Part shown: one piece after another, positions 13,313 through 26,503 of the stretch
Numbering within the stretch: the first letter of the stretch is position 1
Layout: each line of letters opens with the position of its first letter
Source: Basidiobolus meristosporus CBS 931.73
Taxonomy: Eukaryota > Fungi > Basidiobolomycota
Direction: 5' to 3'
Length of the DNA: 64,000 bases
Assembly (NCBI GenBank): GCA_002104905.1
Contig: MCFE01000136.1
Span: forward strand, 1 to 64,000
The notes under the pieces: generated by a model
Databases searched by the model: none
What the model saw: only the letters and a program-made list of their open reading frames with translations
What the model was told of the DNA's origin: nothing
Position numbers and translations under genes: made by a program

Positions 13313-14088
13313 TCACATAGCACTTCGTTGAGTGCTGTCAAGATAGTCGTTAGTCTTAAAGATGGAGTCTTGCGTTAGTTGAGGCTTGAGTTCATTCTGC
13401 ACAATGCAAATACAGTAGTCAGTAATCAACTCTTTGGATATGGGGAAACAAAGGCATTTTAGACTTACTACGCGAAGACGGCCAAATACTTTTCCCAAAG
13501 CATTTGGCTGCAAGGAAGCTTGGGTTTCGTTTACTCTGGAAGTAACTTCGTCGACGGTATCTTTGACCATATTCACGAATTGCTAGTGGTAGTCACCAAA
13601 TGAGTACTTCGAAGGGATCTTGTTCAATATGGGGTTGGAAAATACCTCTAAGTTGTCAATCTTCTGATAGAGTGTTTCTAGCTTCTCAGAGGTCTCTAAA
13701 AAGCCGCTTCGAGAAAGCGCCGCTGATTCATCAATGGTATCCCTAACCTACGGTAATTAAATCCATTTTAATCGACCGTTTCTCGCAAGTACACTTTTGC
13801 ATCTCCCTTTGACTACCTCAAGCAAACTCTCTTGCATGTCTTTGAGTTGCGAATTCTTGGTTGCTATGTTTTCTTTTAATGCACTGAGCTATGGCTGAAA
13901 TGTTAGGGTCATGTTCCCACCAGCATTGGTGTCGCTTAGTACCTTTCGCTCATCATATTCGCAACTTAGGAGGATTGAAAGATCAACGGCTTATAAAATG
14001 GTGTAAAATGTGTTGTGGTCATGAATATGCTTCACAAAGGTTTCTTACCAGTGTCTTGTATGTGCTTGGAGAGTTCGTTGTCCGACAT
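13313..14088 (-). CDS. Small coiled-coil protein, BLOC-1 subunit 4 (cappuccino/Cnl1)-like, multi-exon
   Basis: Spliced reading MSDNELSKHIQDT-AVDLSILL...LYQKIDNLE-QFVNMVKDTVDEV...IFKTNDYL resembles the cappuccino pattern (Y.KID.LE.FV.MV and C-terminal F.T.DY). GT-AG introns. Confidence 0.6.
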
Positions 14089-14174
14089 GGATAGAAACGG
14101 GCGTTAAAGAGCTGTACACTTGACCAAGGATGAAGTTATTTTGGAAATGTGTATACTGCCAATACTGAATCATT

Positions 14175-14236
14175 AAAAAAATGTCCTCCGAAGAGGTGTC
14201 CACTCAAGATTTACGTGTCATCCTTGTGCAGGGGCC

Positions 14237-14267
<31 letters not shown>

Positions 14268-14293
14268 TTCAAGTGTCAGAGGTCCCAAGGGAC
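14175..14293 (-). ncRNA. U6: U6 spliceosomal snRNA
   Basis: The minus strand contains AATTGGAACGATACAGAGAAGATTAGCATGGCCCCTGCACAAGGATGACAC (ACAGAGA box, AGC triad, ISL), a 5' stem-loop GTCCCTTGGGAC and a T7 Pol III terminator. A TATA-like TTATAG lies ~30 nt upstream. Confidence 0.97.
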
Positions 14294-14872
14294 GTGACAG
14301 TGTGTATGGGCCTTTTCTGACTATAAGGTATTTTAATATTTCAATTCTTCAGATTATGGGATATCCAAGTATTGAAACTATATTTTTCATAGAATTAACA
14401 ATAGTATATACCCCGGTACTGGAGTCTTACTACAAAGCACGAGTGACATGTTTATTAAGTCATTTGCTTTGTTTCTACCCATTACACTTTAAATTCCTCC
14501 ACAGTTCAATGGTATATTGCCGAAAATTGACAGAAAAGGGAATATGGCTTTCGCTTTATAGCTCGATAAAGAAGTTCAAGGCTTTCTAACGTTACTAAGG
14601 GCCTGCCTTTTCTAATCCTTCAAGCTGAACTTGAAATATTGTAGGGATAAAATAGACTGTGATCAATAGAAAACTGGTTACAGCTTCAGTTGACAATAAA
14701 CCTGGGTCAAGTGAGATAGGATTGGAATAACACAGTAAAGGCTAGGCCTAGGCTTCAGAGAGGATTAAGTATAAACTACAAATAGTCTGGTGTAATAACT
14801 TGAGGCACAACGGGATCAGTTGAAGCATTACTCTTGATTCACTTGTTTGTCTTTGTAACGCTCAGCATATCC

Positions 14873-17164
14873 TCATGAAATAACACAGTCCTCTTTGTTC
14901 TGTTTCTTCTGATGTTTGATTGTACCAAACTCTCTCCTGAGTCCTTGGGCACCGCCATTTATATGAAAGTGCGGATGTTGGGGAAGTCCAACACTCTCTT
15001 CACCTCTTTCTAGGCGCCTTTGGGCATCCTTGCTTCCATGTGACGCTGCTCGAACATACCAAAAGTTTGCCATAGATAAATCCTTCGGGACCCCTATACC
15101 TAACTCATAATAGTAGCCCATTGCAAATTCTGCCTTGGGTAGACCTTTGGAAGCTGCCTGATTACACCAGCTATAAGCCAGATCGTCATTTGGCTCTAAG
15201 ATATTCGGAACTCCACTCAAGTACCAGCCGGACAGACCCATCTGGCATTCTGGATCGCCACGCTCAGCACCTTGTTTATAGTAGAATATGGATTTCGCTG
15301 GGTCCAATTTATATTCCAACTCTCCAAACTCATATGCGTACCCTAGTTTGTAGAGAGCAGGAGTATATCCTAACTCGGCAGACTTTTCAATCAGGTCTTG
15401 TCCCATTCCTACGTCCTTGGAAACAGGAGAAGTATCAATGCGCGTGTAGTCATTGGCTAAAATCAACCCGTAAATGTAGGACGCTTCAGGACATTCAATA
15501 GAATCGCTATTGTTGGCTGCGCGGCCAAGATAAAGTATTCCTTGGTTTATGTTGGGCTTGAGCTTCAACTCCCCATGTAAATACGCCATGGCAAGTCTCT
15601 ATTAAAAAGTATTGAAACTGCGTTAGAGGTCGAACAGATAATTTATCCAGGTGAATCGGGAGGTTTCAACATCTGGGTGTTCATATTTAAAACTTACATA
15701 GTTAGCACATATACTTCCTTGACTAGCTGCCTTCAGATAGAACTGTTGTGCTTTTGAATACTCCTTTTTCTTCTCATGGTGCATAGCTACCTTGTGGATT
15801 GCCTTCACATAACCTAGCTTCGAGGACCTATTATAGAGGCCAAAGGCCTTGTCACTATTCGGAGAAAACCCATTTAAACCATTCTCAATCCAAGTAGCTA
15901 GAATATAAGTGGCCTCGGGGTCCCCGTTTTTTTGCAACCTACGAATCCAAAAGTTTGCCTCTTCTATGAGATCTTTGGAGTTTTTGTTTCCCGATTTGTT
16001 AAACTCAGAGTCTCTGGAGGTTTGGGTTCCGGATTGAGTAGCGTTGGATGAATTCGTTGCTGAGCACGGGTCACCCAGTACTGCTGCACAAGCAACCAAG
16101 TACTTGGCAAATTCCAACTGGACCGCAGGACTGTTTGTTTTCTTGGCGTTTTCTCGGTACATGGATAGAGCAGATTCTTGATTGATCAATGTCAATGAAG
16201 TCCTATGCGTGGCAATCGAAATAGCCCTGGATGAACGAGAAGATGCGGAATTTGCAGTAATGTTGGTTGAGCTAGATACTGAAGAGCTAGAGGAAGCGGT
16301 AGAATAGTGACTGCTTGAACGGGTTGAAGATGCCGAAGGTGTTCCAGGCGGTGACAAGGACAAGGGTATAGTCGTGCTATCACTGAAAGATTCGGTACTA
16401 GCTAAACCAGCGTATGACATCGCACGTCCAGAATCCCCTATATTGGAGGGTTTCGCAGAGTGTTTGTAAATAGCATAATCTGAGTGTGGTCGAGCTAGTG
16501 GCAGTTTTTCTTGACCCTTGTCAACTTCTGTCGGCAACATTGATGAAGCAACACTGGAGCTTGAGTGATGTCCAGCACGGTTATTAAGGTCTTTTTGCTT
16601 CCGATATTCGGATGTAGGTACACTTTTTTCTAAATCCGACGGAAGTGAACGCACGGTTTTGGTTGCCTCTTTGTTGCGTCGGCTTGCCCCATGATGGTGG
16701 CTATCAGGATTCGGAACGGACATGTGACGCCGAGATAATTCGTTTTTACGTTGCACTAAAGGGACGTCGTCGTCTTCATGATTCTTGAGTTCATTTCGGG
16801 AAGCTGAGGGTGGTCTTCGTGGTGGATAGCCAGTACTGGTATTCCCTTGATACGAATACATAACACTTGAGCGTGAATTCATCTGACTTCTACTATGCCT
16901 TGGGTCCGTGTCTACCAATGAAGGATTTTGGGACGATCTCTTAGGCCTAGGTCTGTTGGTCCGCCTTTTCTCCGCCATTTCCATGGGTGGAAGTGGATGT
17001 TCTATAGTGATGCTCGAGTGTGATCTATTCGTTACAGTAGGTCTCTGACGCGCTACTTTTTTTTTAGAATGTGGCTCGTTTGAACCAACCAGCTTTCTTA
17101 ATGTCTGATCCATGTGTATATTTCTAACACTCTGTAGAGCTGCTGGTACCCCGGGAGTAATCAT
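14873..17164 (-). CDS. SEL1-repeat chitin synthase activator, Chs4/Skt5-like
   Basis: Ser-rich N-terminus, then SEL1 repeats (AVQLEFAKYL, ALYKLGYAYEFG, GLSGWYLSG, AEFAMGYYYELGIG). The C-terminal CaaX box CVIS parallels the CaaX of yeast Chs4. One intron near 15700-15600. Start codon uncertain (17164 or 17113). Confidence 0.85.
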
Positions 17165-18462
17165 AGCCAACTGATGGAGAATGCGAAGTATGGATTGGGT
17201 ATAGAAATGGTGGTTCGACTGGAAGTGAAGCAGATGTCTCTTATCTCCAGCAAGGTTGCCAAACAATGAAAATACCTCTCAACAAGTAAGCGATTCAAAT
17301 ACACCAGCTGTACTTTCTAGATGTTTCTGACCCAATATACGATCGACTTAGGAGAGGCGAAAGACAAGAGATGACACGAACGAAAAGGTTCAAGAATGGC
17401 TACCAACCAAGAAAAGACCTTGGAATATTTGAACAAATCTGGATGTCTGTAGCTTCACCACAAGATGTACTTGCCAACGGGTTTATATATGACTCAAAGC
17501 ATGCATACAATCAATGGGCCGATAGATAATGGATTGTCCAATATCCATACAGTGAGTTGTTTGTATTTCGTTCGGAATTCAATCGTGCACTCTCCCCAGA
17601 ATTTCCATGCACGGATCAAAAAGGGCAAACGAGATGCTTTGTAGCGACCACGTATCCTCGCAAGATTCTGTGGCGCTTTAGTACGCAGTATATACATTTG
17701 AAGAGACTTGTGATCTATCGCGGTTATTATCGGGGATATATATGACAATAACCTATTGTCCACCTGTATTGTTGGCTTGTCTGGCAAGTGTGAGATCGGG
17801 GTGTACCTCGGGTTACTGTGATGTGTAGCTTGGATGAATCAACCCTCAAGAACTCACAAAGTGCAAGACAGACTCGGTGGTGGGCTCCACAAGGACTCAA
17901 CGGAGCCTTGATGTCCATGGTGGCTCCTTTCTCCGCTAGCAAGAGAGTGTCCCCATTCATGTGGGCCAACGTAGCCCTACTGCATTTGGCATAAGAAATC
18001 GCGTCTGGTTGTAATCGTATTTACACCAACTGTGATTCAGCAGATCCATCATAATCATTTCAAGCTAAATAGAGCACAATCCCTTCATTAGCCACCTACC
18101 AGCCGCACCTCGCCATTCCCCTCAATATGTTGCGTTGCATAGAGTTGCTTACATTCTAGATTCGAACAGGATCAGCCCATGTCACAATGGCCATTCGAAT
18201 CTGACAGGTTCAAGCATCGCATTAAACCCTCTTGAATTACTTGATTACAGACTGCATCCATGAGGCAAAGGCAATTTGCTGGAAAAGCAACATAGATCAA
18301 ACTTTGGTGGTGCCCATTACCAAATCCATATCATACCTTTTGCACTCTACCCATAAATGGCCGAATCAGAGCTCAGTTTGATCTCATCTTACATATTCAA
18401 ATAATAAATTTTATTTCATTCGCATTTGGAACGAAGCCCTCAGTTAAGGTTTGTAGGGAGCT

Positions 18463-19360
18463 ATGTCTATGGAAACTAAAAGCCTTGTCCTTGGCTGGAT
18501 AGCTTCCCTGTTTTGGGCCTTTCAACTCGCACCGCAAGGTACTTTCTCCATACGTTGCTTATGTCTGATTGGAAAGTTGATTTGCTTCAGTTTACAAGAA
18601 TGCTCGAGAAAAATCTTGCGAAGGACTGTCAATACTGATGATGATAGCATGGTACATGTCAGGCTGCCTGAGTACTCCATATGCGATCCTCGTGGATTTA
18701 ATACTGCCGCTAAGAATACAGCCGCAATTCTTTGCTTTTTTTGCAGGAGTGTGTGTTGTTCAATGCCTGCATTATCAATGGTATGAACACCAACTGTGTT
18801 TAGCTGTTGAAGTCGACTAATTTTTTCTCTCCATACAGGAAAACACATTGGCTAAAGCTATCGTCGATTGTTGTCGTCAATATTATAGTGGCCAGTGGCG
18901 TTGAAGCAGGTTTAATACTTGGACTAAGGGTAATGACTGTAAGATCTGTGTCAGTATAGATGGTGGCCTTTAACCCTTCGCACAGCAAAACCCTATTCAA
19001 TGGATTCTTGATGTTCTCGGGATTCTTCCCTCAGTTCTCATCGTCATCGGTTACATCCCTCAATACTACGACATCCTGAGTTAGTTGGTTCTAACAATCT
19101 TGCTTATTCACAAGTATACCTAATGCGAATTTATAGAAACGAGAAATGCTGAAGGCATATCCATTTTGTTCATGAGCATAGATATAACTGGCGGTTTACT
19201 CTCAGCAGTCAGCTTAATCTATCATGAAGTTGTCGACTGGTTCGCAATGTCCATGTACCTCGCCGTTGTAATCTTGGACTTTGGGATTATCTTATTCCAC
19301 TACGGCTTTAGGATTTACCACCGTCGTAATACACACATAGATAGTGCCAAATATCCTTGA
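18463..19360 (+). CDS. PQ-loop repeat membrane protein, multi-exon
   Basis: Two PQ motifs (FQLAPQ and GYIPQYYDIL), each followed by a ..EG.S..F/M turn and hydrophobic helices. GT-AG introns. Confidence 0.85.
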
Positions 19361-19724
19361 GGCTCTGTAAATATACAAACGCATGCAATCTCTACTGACG
19401 GTGGCCCTGGATCCGATGTACCATCTTTCTGTTACTGATGAAGCACTCTCCAATCCATTCGTAATCTCGGACCCTGGCCGCACCTTTGGCTCCGTTTAGT
19501 TTTGGGAAATGGCTGGAACCATACCTGGTTGCTATTAAGCGGACAAATCAAGAAATCCGTATAAATTTATTGATCTCTAGGAAGGCCCCTGCTCTATTAT
19601 TTTATAGTCAATTACCAATAAAGCAGGCTTCAATTAGCAGGACACGAAAGAAGTCAATATAATACAATGAGGCGCCTCAGACAAAGTTCGGGGGTTGATT
19701 GAAGAGGCGATAAGGTAGTGGCGT

Positions 19725-21430
19725 TCAACTGGTAGAATGGGAGTCATTAGGTACAGGATAGATAGATTCTGCAGGGGAAGTGAACATTTCTTTTGGGAAG
19801 ACTGATCCAATGCCATCAACGTACTGCTTACGCCGGTCCATTAAAGCGATCAAGTTTTCCGACAATCCTTTTGAAGAGATCTTCTTCTTTTTCGATTTCA
19901 AGGATTTCTACAAATAATAAACGATGTCAGTAGATGCTCGTCTATCAATGCATGAATGGTTTGATCACTTACTACTCTTTTTATGTAAGCCTGCTCGATT
20001 TGCTTGTCTAGCTCATTAAGAATCTGCAAGTATTCTTGGTAAGCGGTGTGCTCATGCACCACCTGCTCTAATTGCTCCTTCCTAAGCTCATTAACACTAA
20101 TCTGCTCCCTCAGACGTGATTGCAAACTACGTAGCGTGGTACAGATCTCATTATCTTCATGAGCATTTGAATCAATCTGAAATATATGAAGATCAGAAAA
20201 AGCATCATCAAAAAGGTGAGTAGATCTTACATCTTCATCAGCAAGGATGCCAAGGTGTCGAAGGTCTCTCCTAAGTCTTTCATCGATGTCAACCAATTCA
20301 TGATGCTTCGTGGGTGAGCTAACTGGAGAGTCAAGCCTAGATTCTTCGGAGTCCGAGTCCGAAAGGTCAACTAAATTTTCGTTCAATAGCGAGGACAATA
20401 TTCGATCGTTTAAGGTTGGACACTGGATTTCGTTCCAGTTTTTCAAGTCAACATTGGCCACATGGAAAGTATCGAAGTTCTTGGTTTCCAAAAGATTGGT
20501 CATTTCAATTTTGTGAGACAGAGCTTCGTCCTCATCTTTCCATTTCTCTCTATAAAATTTTCCAAATGGTGGAATGATGAACGGTTCGCTTTTTTCACCC
20601 TAGCATGGTAGATGTAAGATTGATAGTCCGCGAATCAAACAAGGGCCGCCATGAATTACCTTTGCCTGCAGAAACTCAATATCGTTTTCGGTGAAGTTTC
20701 GAAAGTATTCTTCTACATATCCCCAAAATGTTTGTATCGGAACTTGATTTGGTACTTTGGTTGATGTTACAGGAATATCCTCCGTCGCTTCTGGCTGTTT
20801 CAATGTTTCGATTGAGCTTTTGTTCTGTATGCGGCTTACGGCCTGGCTTATCGAGTTGCTGGTTTCTCCGTTCTTGGAAATTTTAGTAAGTATATTCTCC
20901 AACGTTGTTATGATGTATGCTTTACCGAAGAAGTATCCGGCATTGATTTAAGCGAGGTCTTGGGGGACTGAGTTGGCAGTTGTTTTTGAGCTACGGGAGT
21001 CAGAATGGTTGATGTACGTTTCAGTCATAGTTGATAATGTCCAGTTGTACGAATAGGCTAGGTACCTTTAGGTAAAGGATTGGAAGAATTTTCAGAATCA
21101 ACTAGTTTTCGTTTATAAGGCTTATCTGATCTAAGGAATATACAAAATGCTAGAGGTTAGAGAGTTCACAGTGGTACGCAGATAGGATTCCAGGTTATTT
21201 ACGTGCTAATATTCACACTAGAAGGCGCGTGAGGTAGGTTTGAATTGGTAACTGTAATCGGGATCTCTTCCATTTGTCCTGGAGTAAAAGCAGGAGAATG
21301 AGTATGCAAGAGGTATAGAAAATTAAAGCGTTTTTACCAACCTGTGTTTGCCAGGAAAAGAATTTCAATAGATTTGGCAAGTGTTGTATTCGAGTTATTC
21401 AATCGTGGTTCTAAGGTCGTTTTCTACTGA
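19725..21430 (-). CDS. NGG1: SAGA/ADA histone acetyltransferase adaptor Ada3/Ngg1, multi-exon; 5' end uncertain
   Basis: Blocks NQVPIQTFWGYVEEYFRNFTENDIEFL, LNDRILSSLL, DERLRRDLRHLGIL and DNEICTTLRSLQ...YQEYLQILNELDKQIEQAYIKR match Ada3. Confidence 0.85.
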
Positions 21431-22704
21431 ACATAATCGTTCAACTTCCTTCTAAAGCTCTCTTTGTTGTTTGGAAATCAGATCTAAGCTTTTGTGAATG
21501 TATGCAATTCTATTAATATCCAACACGTCAAATAACCGCACTACGAACAACAGTGATAAACTCGCAATCCTTTGAAATCTAAGTAGTGAAAAAGAATCCA
21601 ATGTCGAGATCATAAAATTCAACCAAATCCATGGAGTTTTTTTTAAGACGAGTTTTGTTTGTCTTATCTGATACAGATTGGCCCCAATTTGATGTAGCAT
21701 TTAGTGTAAACATTAGACTTCGAATTCCACGACAACATTACAACCGTGAATAAGATGTGACTATCTTATGAAGGAATACTGGATGTTGGATCCATAAGTA
21801 ACGCGCAATTACTGTATTGCTGCTAAAGGGAGGGTTGTCAACGAAGGACAAAGGTGGTCGCTTCTCACTATCCTCAGGTCCATGTTGAACAATGAGGCAT
21901 TTCGGTCTGGCGATAATTTTAACATGATCATTGAATAGGTGTCACAAATAGGGGCAACTGCAAATTCGCCGAAGATTGTTGATCATCGCCGTAAACAATA
22001 AGCTTGCTCTGGCATTTGGCCCCAATGCAGCATATTAGATGCTGGAGAGTGTAATCCAAGGCTTCGAGGTACACTTGACATAATGTTGCTAGTAAACAAT
22101 GGGCCCCTGGATGGAACCACCCTATTCTGGAAATGAGCTACGGACACAAAAGCCTGCAGGTGTTTCTCAATATCTCTAGCTAAAAGAGTGGAGGAGTATG
22201 AACGGATGGTGTAATCCAGTCCCTGAGCGTCGCGATCATTTGGTGTGTCAGTTGATGCTTTTATCGGTACATTCACAACCTTGTTTTGTTGTTGGCTGGT
22301 GATTGACATAATAGCAGAGATTCTCCGAGGTTGTATTGATTTTATTTCACTGCAGTAGATGGAGGCACAGCATCATGAATACCGCAAAACTGGCTCCCTA
22401 TAGCATTACGTGTGTTTGCGTAGGCGAATCTGTAACCCAACCTCAGCATCGGGCATACCGATAGGTGGGGGCTATATTGATTTTGGTTGATTCCTTCTCT
22501 CCCTAATACTTTCAAGTGAACATCTTGACAGAACTTGCTTGAGGTAAAACATAGCCAATCTATAATGAAACTAGAGCAACATTATGATGCTGTAGGGCAC
22601 ATAAAGCCGTAGATCAATTCCTACCTAGGAATCCTGTATATATATATTTCCGTGTTGCCGGACCAGTGGCTACCACAAATTGCTTAATATCCAATTTCTA
22701 CCGC

Positions 22705-23673
22705 ATGCTGAGCAATATGATTCCAACAGAAAGTAGACGCGATCTTCCCATTATGCTCTGGTGCCATCCCCGTTCAGTCTCCTCAGCTTTTGAGCGGGCC
22801 TTCATTCAGCGAGACAAAGAATTCCATTGCCTCCACGAGCCATTTATTGACGCTTATTACCATGGGCCTGACAGAGCGTCTGATCGCCATCATGAGTCTC
22901 TATCCTCGCCCGCCACGGATCAAGAAAACAATTCGCCTCAACCCTCTTACCAAGATGTAACCGAGCAGATAATGTCCAGCTATTGGCTTGATCCGACGGT
23001 GGGTGACATAGTAGATAAGGAGACTTCGGGCGCCCATAAGCTACGGGTGTTTGTGAAAGATATGGCATTCTATGGGATCCTCAAGGCACCAGACGAACAG
23101 GGGGAGGTGGAAGCTAGGTTTCCTCTCCATAGAGTGATTAATACATTCCTGATTCGGGATCCAAGAAAATCGGTGGTGTCTTTTTACAAAGCCTCGTTAA
23201 ATGAGGAAACGAATTGGGGGTATTTTGATCCCAAAGAGATGGGTTATCAGGACCTTCGTACGTTGTTTGATTATGTAACGACAAGACTCAAGCAGCCAGC
23301 AATCGTTGTTGATGCAGATGAGCTCTGTAGTGATCCGGGGAACATCATGAAAGCATTCTGCGAATGCGTTGATGTGAGATTTGAAGAATCCATGATCCAC
23401 TGGGAGCCCACCAAAGTCAAGCAATTCGAGCGATGGAAGGGTTGGCATGAGTAAGGTTCATTCATCATTATCATGTATGCGTCTTGTAACAGTTTTCCTG
23501 TTTCCAGTGTTGTCGAGAACAGCAGTGGCTTAGGCCAGGTTGAAGCTACGCCAATGCCGGATCTACGTGAGTATCCTGAAATAGTGCTAGAAACGATCAA
23601 TCAAAGCTTGCCTCATTACAACTACTTGAAGCAATTTTCCATTCAATCGAAGATCAAGGTTTCGTCGAGCTAA
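22705..23673 (+). CDS. Sulfotransferase-fold P-loop protein (BCAT-like N-terminal domain family), one intron
   Basis: Motifs LWCHPRSVSSAFERAF, HEPF, FVKDMA, TFLIRDP, VVDADEL..DP and SMIHW. The intron GA|GTAAGG..TTCCAG joins GWHD-VVENSSG. Confidence 0.8.
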
Positions 23674-23895
23674 CACATCTCTAGTGGCCATCTCTCTACT
23701 GGTTCGGCCGATTGTAGATTGCACAGGTAGCAGATATCTTAACCAAAACCATAGTTTATTCTAAAATAAAGTATTATCTAATGGATGTCGTTGAAAATGC
23801 TATGATCGAAGTCAGGCCTGACTATTCAATCCGTTGAATGACGCCACTAAGGTCTATTGCTTTGCGAGCGATCTAAGAAGTCAGCTCATACGTCT

Positions 23896-24815
23896 TTAAA
23901 AAAAATGCGTGAAGGCAGGCAAACGATCCATGGGTTCCTGGTGATTGTTGGGCTTTCTGGAGTTTTCATAGCGACCAAACATGGACCATTCGTTGTGAAG
24001 AAGCGAGGGCTTGATAGGTGGGTTGTTCACCGTTGAGTTAATATTGTGAACGGGCCCCTTGAATAACTGGAAATCGGTGGGATACATTGAAGCTGGTGCT
24101 TCGCCCAATGAATGCCCTATTACTTTGGAGGTTTTCACCCATTCGGCCTTGAGATTCCTCTGATGATTAGTGGAAGTGATGTCCTCTAGGGCCGGTGTGG
24201 GCGCCGGTGAGGCGCAACGCAGGGATCTCAAGGCCTGTGAATCTGCACTGGGGATCTCCTCTTCACCGTGGATAAAGCAGCAGCGTTTTCCATATGGACA
24301 GCATCCTTGCTCCCAGTAAGTACGGCAGTATTGCGTCTTGTATCTTGGATGTCTTTTGACTACGCGTAACTCGGCAACTCCGTGTGCAAATTGACATTTC
24401 TCGGCATAGCTATTCAGGTATGTGAGGCCCAACACCAACTAACAACAGGCGTATGCTTGTGAAACTTGTACACTTACCGGCAAGCCCCGGTCTCCTCGTA
24501 AGACCTACACATCTCAGTTTTGTAAAGTGTGACATCCTTGATATTTTGCTTGGCCTGACTCAACTTTGAGGAATTTGGGTGAAGCACCTTAGTCTCAGGT
24601 TTATGAACGGTTGAGGCTGGGCGAAGTGATGTTCTCTTGGTAATCATACTGTGACTCTCTGATCTCCATAAGCTCAAGTCAGCAAATGCATCATCAAGAT
24701 TTGGGATGAATGGTAGCTGTATCTGGTCGTTGATGAGGCGCATTTGGCCGAGCTTTTGACCGTCTGTGACGTCTCTGCGGGTGGAATTCATGTCAAATAC
24801 AGAGGAGTAAATCAT
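23896..24815 (-). CDS. Tandem CCCH zinc-finger ARE-binding protein (TIS11/Cth1/Zfs1 family)
   Basis: [27 protein letters not shown] and [26 protein letters not shown], split by an intron near 24475-24410. Confidence 0.9.
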
Positions 24816-26037
24816 TTCACTTTCCTAGATTAGTGTGCTGCGAGGATATCTAACTGAAGCAGATGGCAAGAGTTCCTTGTTGAGCCAGGAAATTGAGACG
24901 GGAGATCGATATTCGATTTATGATGGATTGCACATTGGTATATATACTCTTTCCCAACTGCGCAGCGTCACCAAGATGGCGAAGGAAATTTGAGCCTCGT
25001 AGTTACTGCAACGTTAGCATACAACAATAAGTTGGAATTATATCTTGACATAGTGACGAGATGCACGTACTTTTTCGCCGCAACCATTGTACGCACGATT
25101 GAATGCTTCATGCCAATCATCTATCACGGTATTCTGGAATTGAGCTGATTTTCACCCATTGCATCGATTTCCTGGGTTGTCCAATTCCTATAATCAGCAT
25201 GACTGCCATTTGTGAAAGTATCATTGTGTTGTGCTGGACAATATGCGCAGATCCCAGAACAAAAATGCTGAGCAGTCCATACCTGATTGTATCTATGGGA
25301 TAGTCGAAGACGATTATTATTTGATAAAGAGACAAAAACAAAGACCCCTCTAGAAAACACCAGCAATGGCCCAAAGGCCGCGGAGACAAAGATCCAAGTG
25401 CCAAATCTTTGGATAAGTATGGTATCAAGGCCATTGCCTAGTGTACACCCTTCTGCACTCCATTAGCGTAGTGGCTCTTCAGCTCATCACACCATGCCCA
25501 TAGCGAGCTTACAAGCTAGGCTGCTTGCTACGGCCTCCCGTCATCATTGCCCAGGAGCTCATCATCGACACAATGTATCCTCCACAAAACAACAATGTAG
25601 CAAGCCATTTTGACGCATCCTTTGTGTAGCTTAATCTACGAAATTAATGTGAATCCTATATAATGCTGATGTGGTTGCTCTTGCATATCCCAATCCAAAC
25701 CATCGTAGTGGTGCATGAACAAATAAACTCGTTGTCCCCGATGGATTGTCTTTCATCGATTCTTTTGGTTGTTGTTAACCTGGGATATTCGCCGATGTGA
25801 CTAGATTTAATGTGTTGCAAAGCAACTGTGGTGTAATTGCACGAATGAAGTTATTCTACAGTATTATGGAATTATTTATTTCAGGCGTGCAAGCGACAAT
25901 ATATCTCCATTGTCGATAGATATCTACATTCATTGATGAGAGTGTATTTAAACCAGCCGTCTTGCTTTTGAAGGGTATTATTAAAGCTGTCTAACCACAA
26001 TATTAACCCGTTAACCTTAACTTAAATCTCTAACACG

Positions 26038-26503
26038 ATGCTAAAATCCCTCATCAAGGCCCTTTGCTTGATTGCTGTATCCAATGCTGGTTAGCAATTC
26101 CTGACCACTCGAGTGTAGACACATCTACTAATGAGCGCTCTATTTAACAGATACCATCATCCTCAATTCGCCGGTCATCAACTCAGTTTTCTATGTTGGT
26201 GATACTGTCCCAGTCTGTTTCCAAGTTTATCGACGAGGGATGACCTACCTAGACTTTGTCCAGCTTAATATTCTAGATATTAGTGGGAATATGATAGAGA
26301 ACAACCTATCATCTATTTCTGGCTTAGCTCTAAATAAGCAAAAGCTGAATATCTTTGAATGGACAATACCATCCATGTACCATGAGGGTGAATATACAAT
26401 TCAGCTAGCAGGAGAGGCGCACTATCGGGATGAGATCTTCAGCAAATCTGCCCAAGTTCAGGTAAGAATTGAGGCTGCGCGGGAAGAGTATGCAGCTGAG
26501 TAA
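26038..26503 (+). CDS. Small secreted beta-rich protein (Ig-like fold suspected), one intron
   Basis: Signal-peptide-like MLKSLIKALCLIAVSNA. Intron GTTAGC..TACTAAT..AACAG, then DTIILNSPV...FEWTIP...GEYTIQLAG to the stop at 26503. Confidence 0.65.

Noticed and set aside
21983-22309. 108-aa ATG ORF upstream of NGG1
   Set aside because: No recognisable domain and it could not be spliced confidently to NGG1.
23449-23454. Apparent premature stop in the sulfotransferase-like gene (possible readthrough or recoding)
   Set aside because: The stop falls inside a normal GTAAGG intron donor, and splicing restores the frame.
25117-25434. 105-aa hydrophobic ORF upstream of the CCCH gene
   Set aside because: No family signature. 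It may be a chance ORF or uORF.
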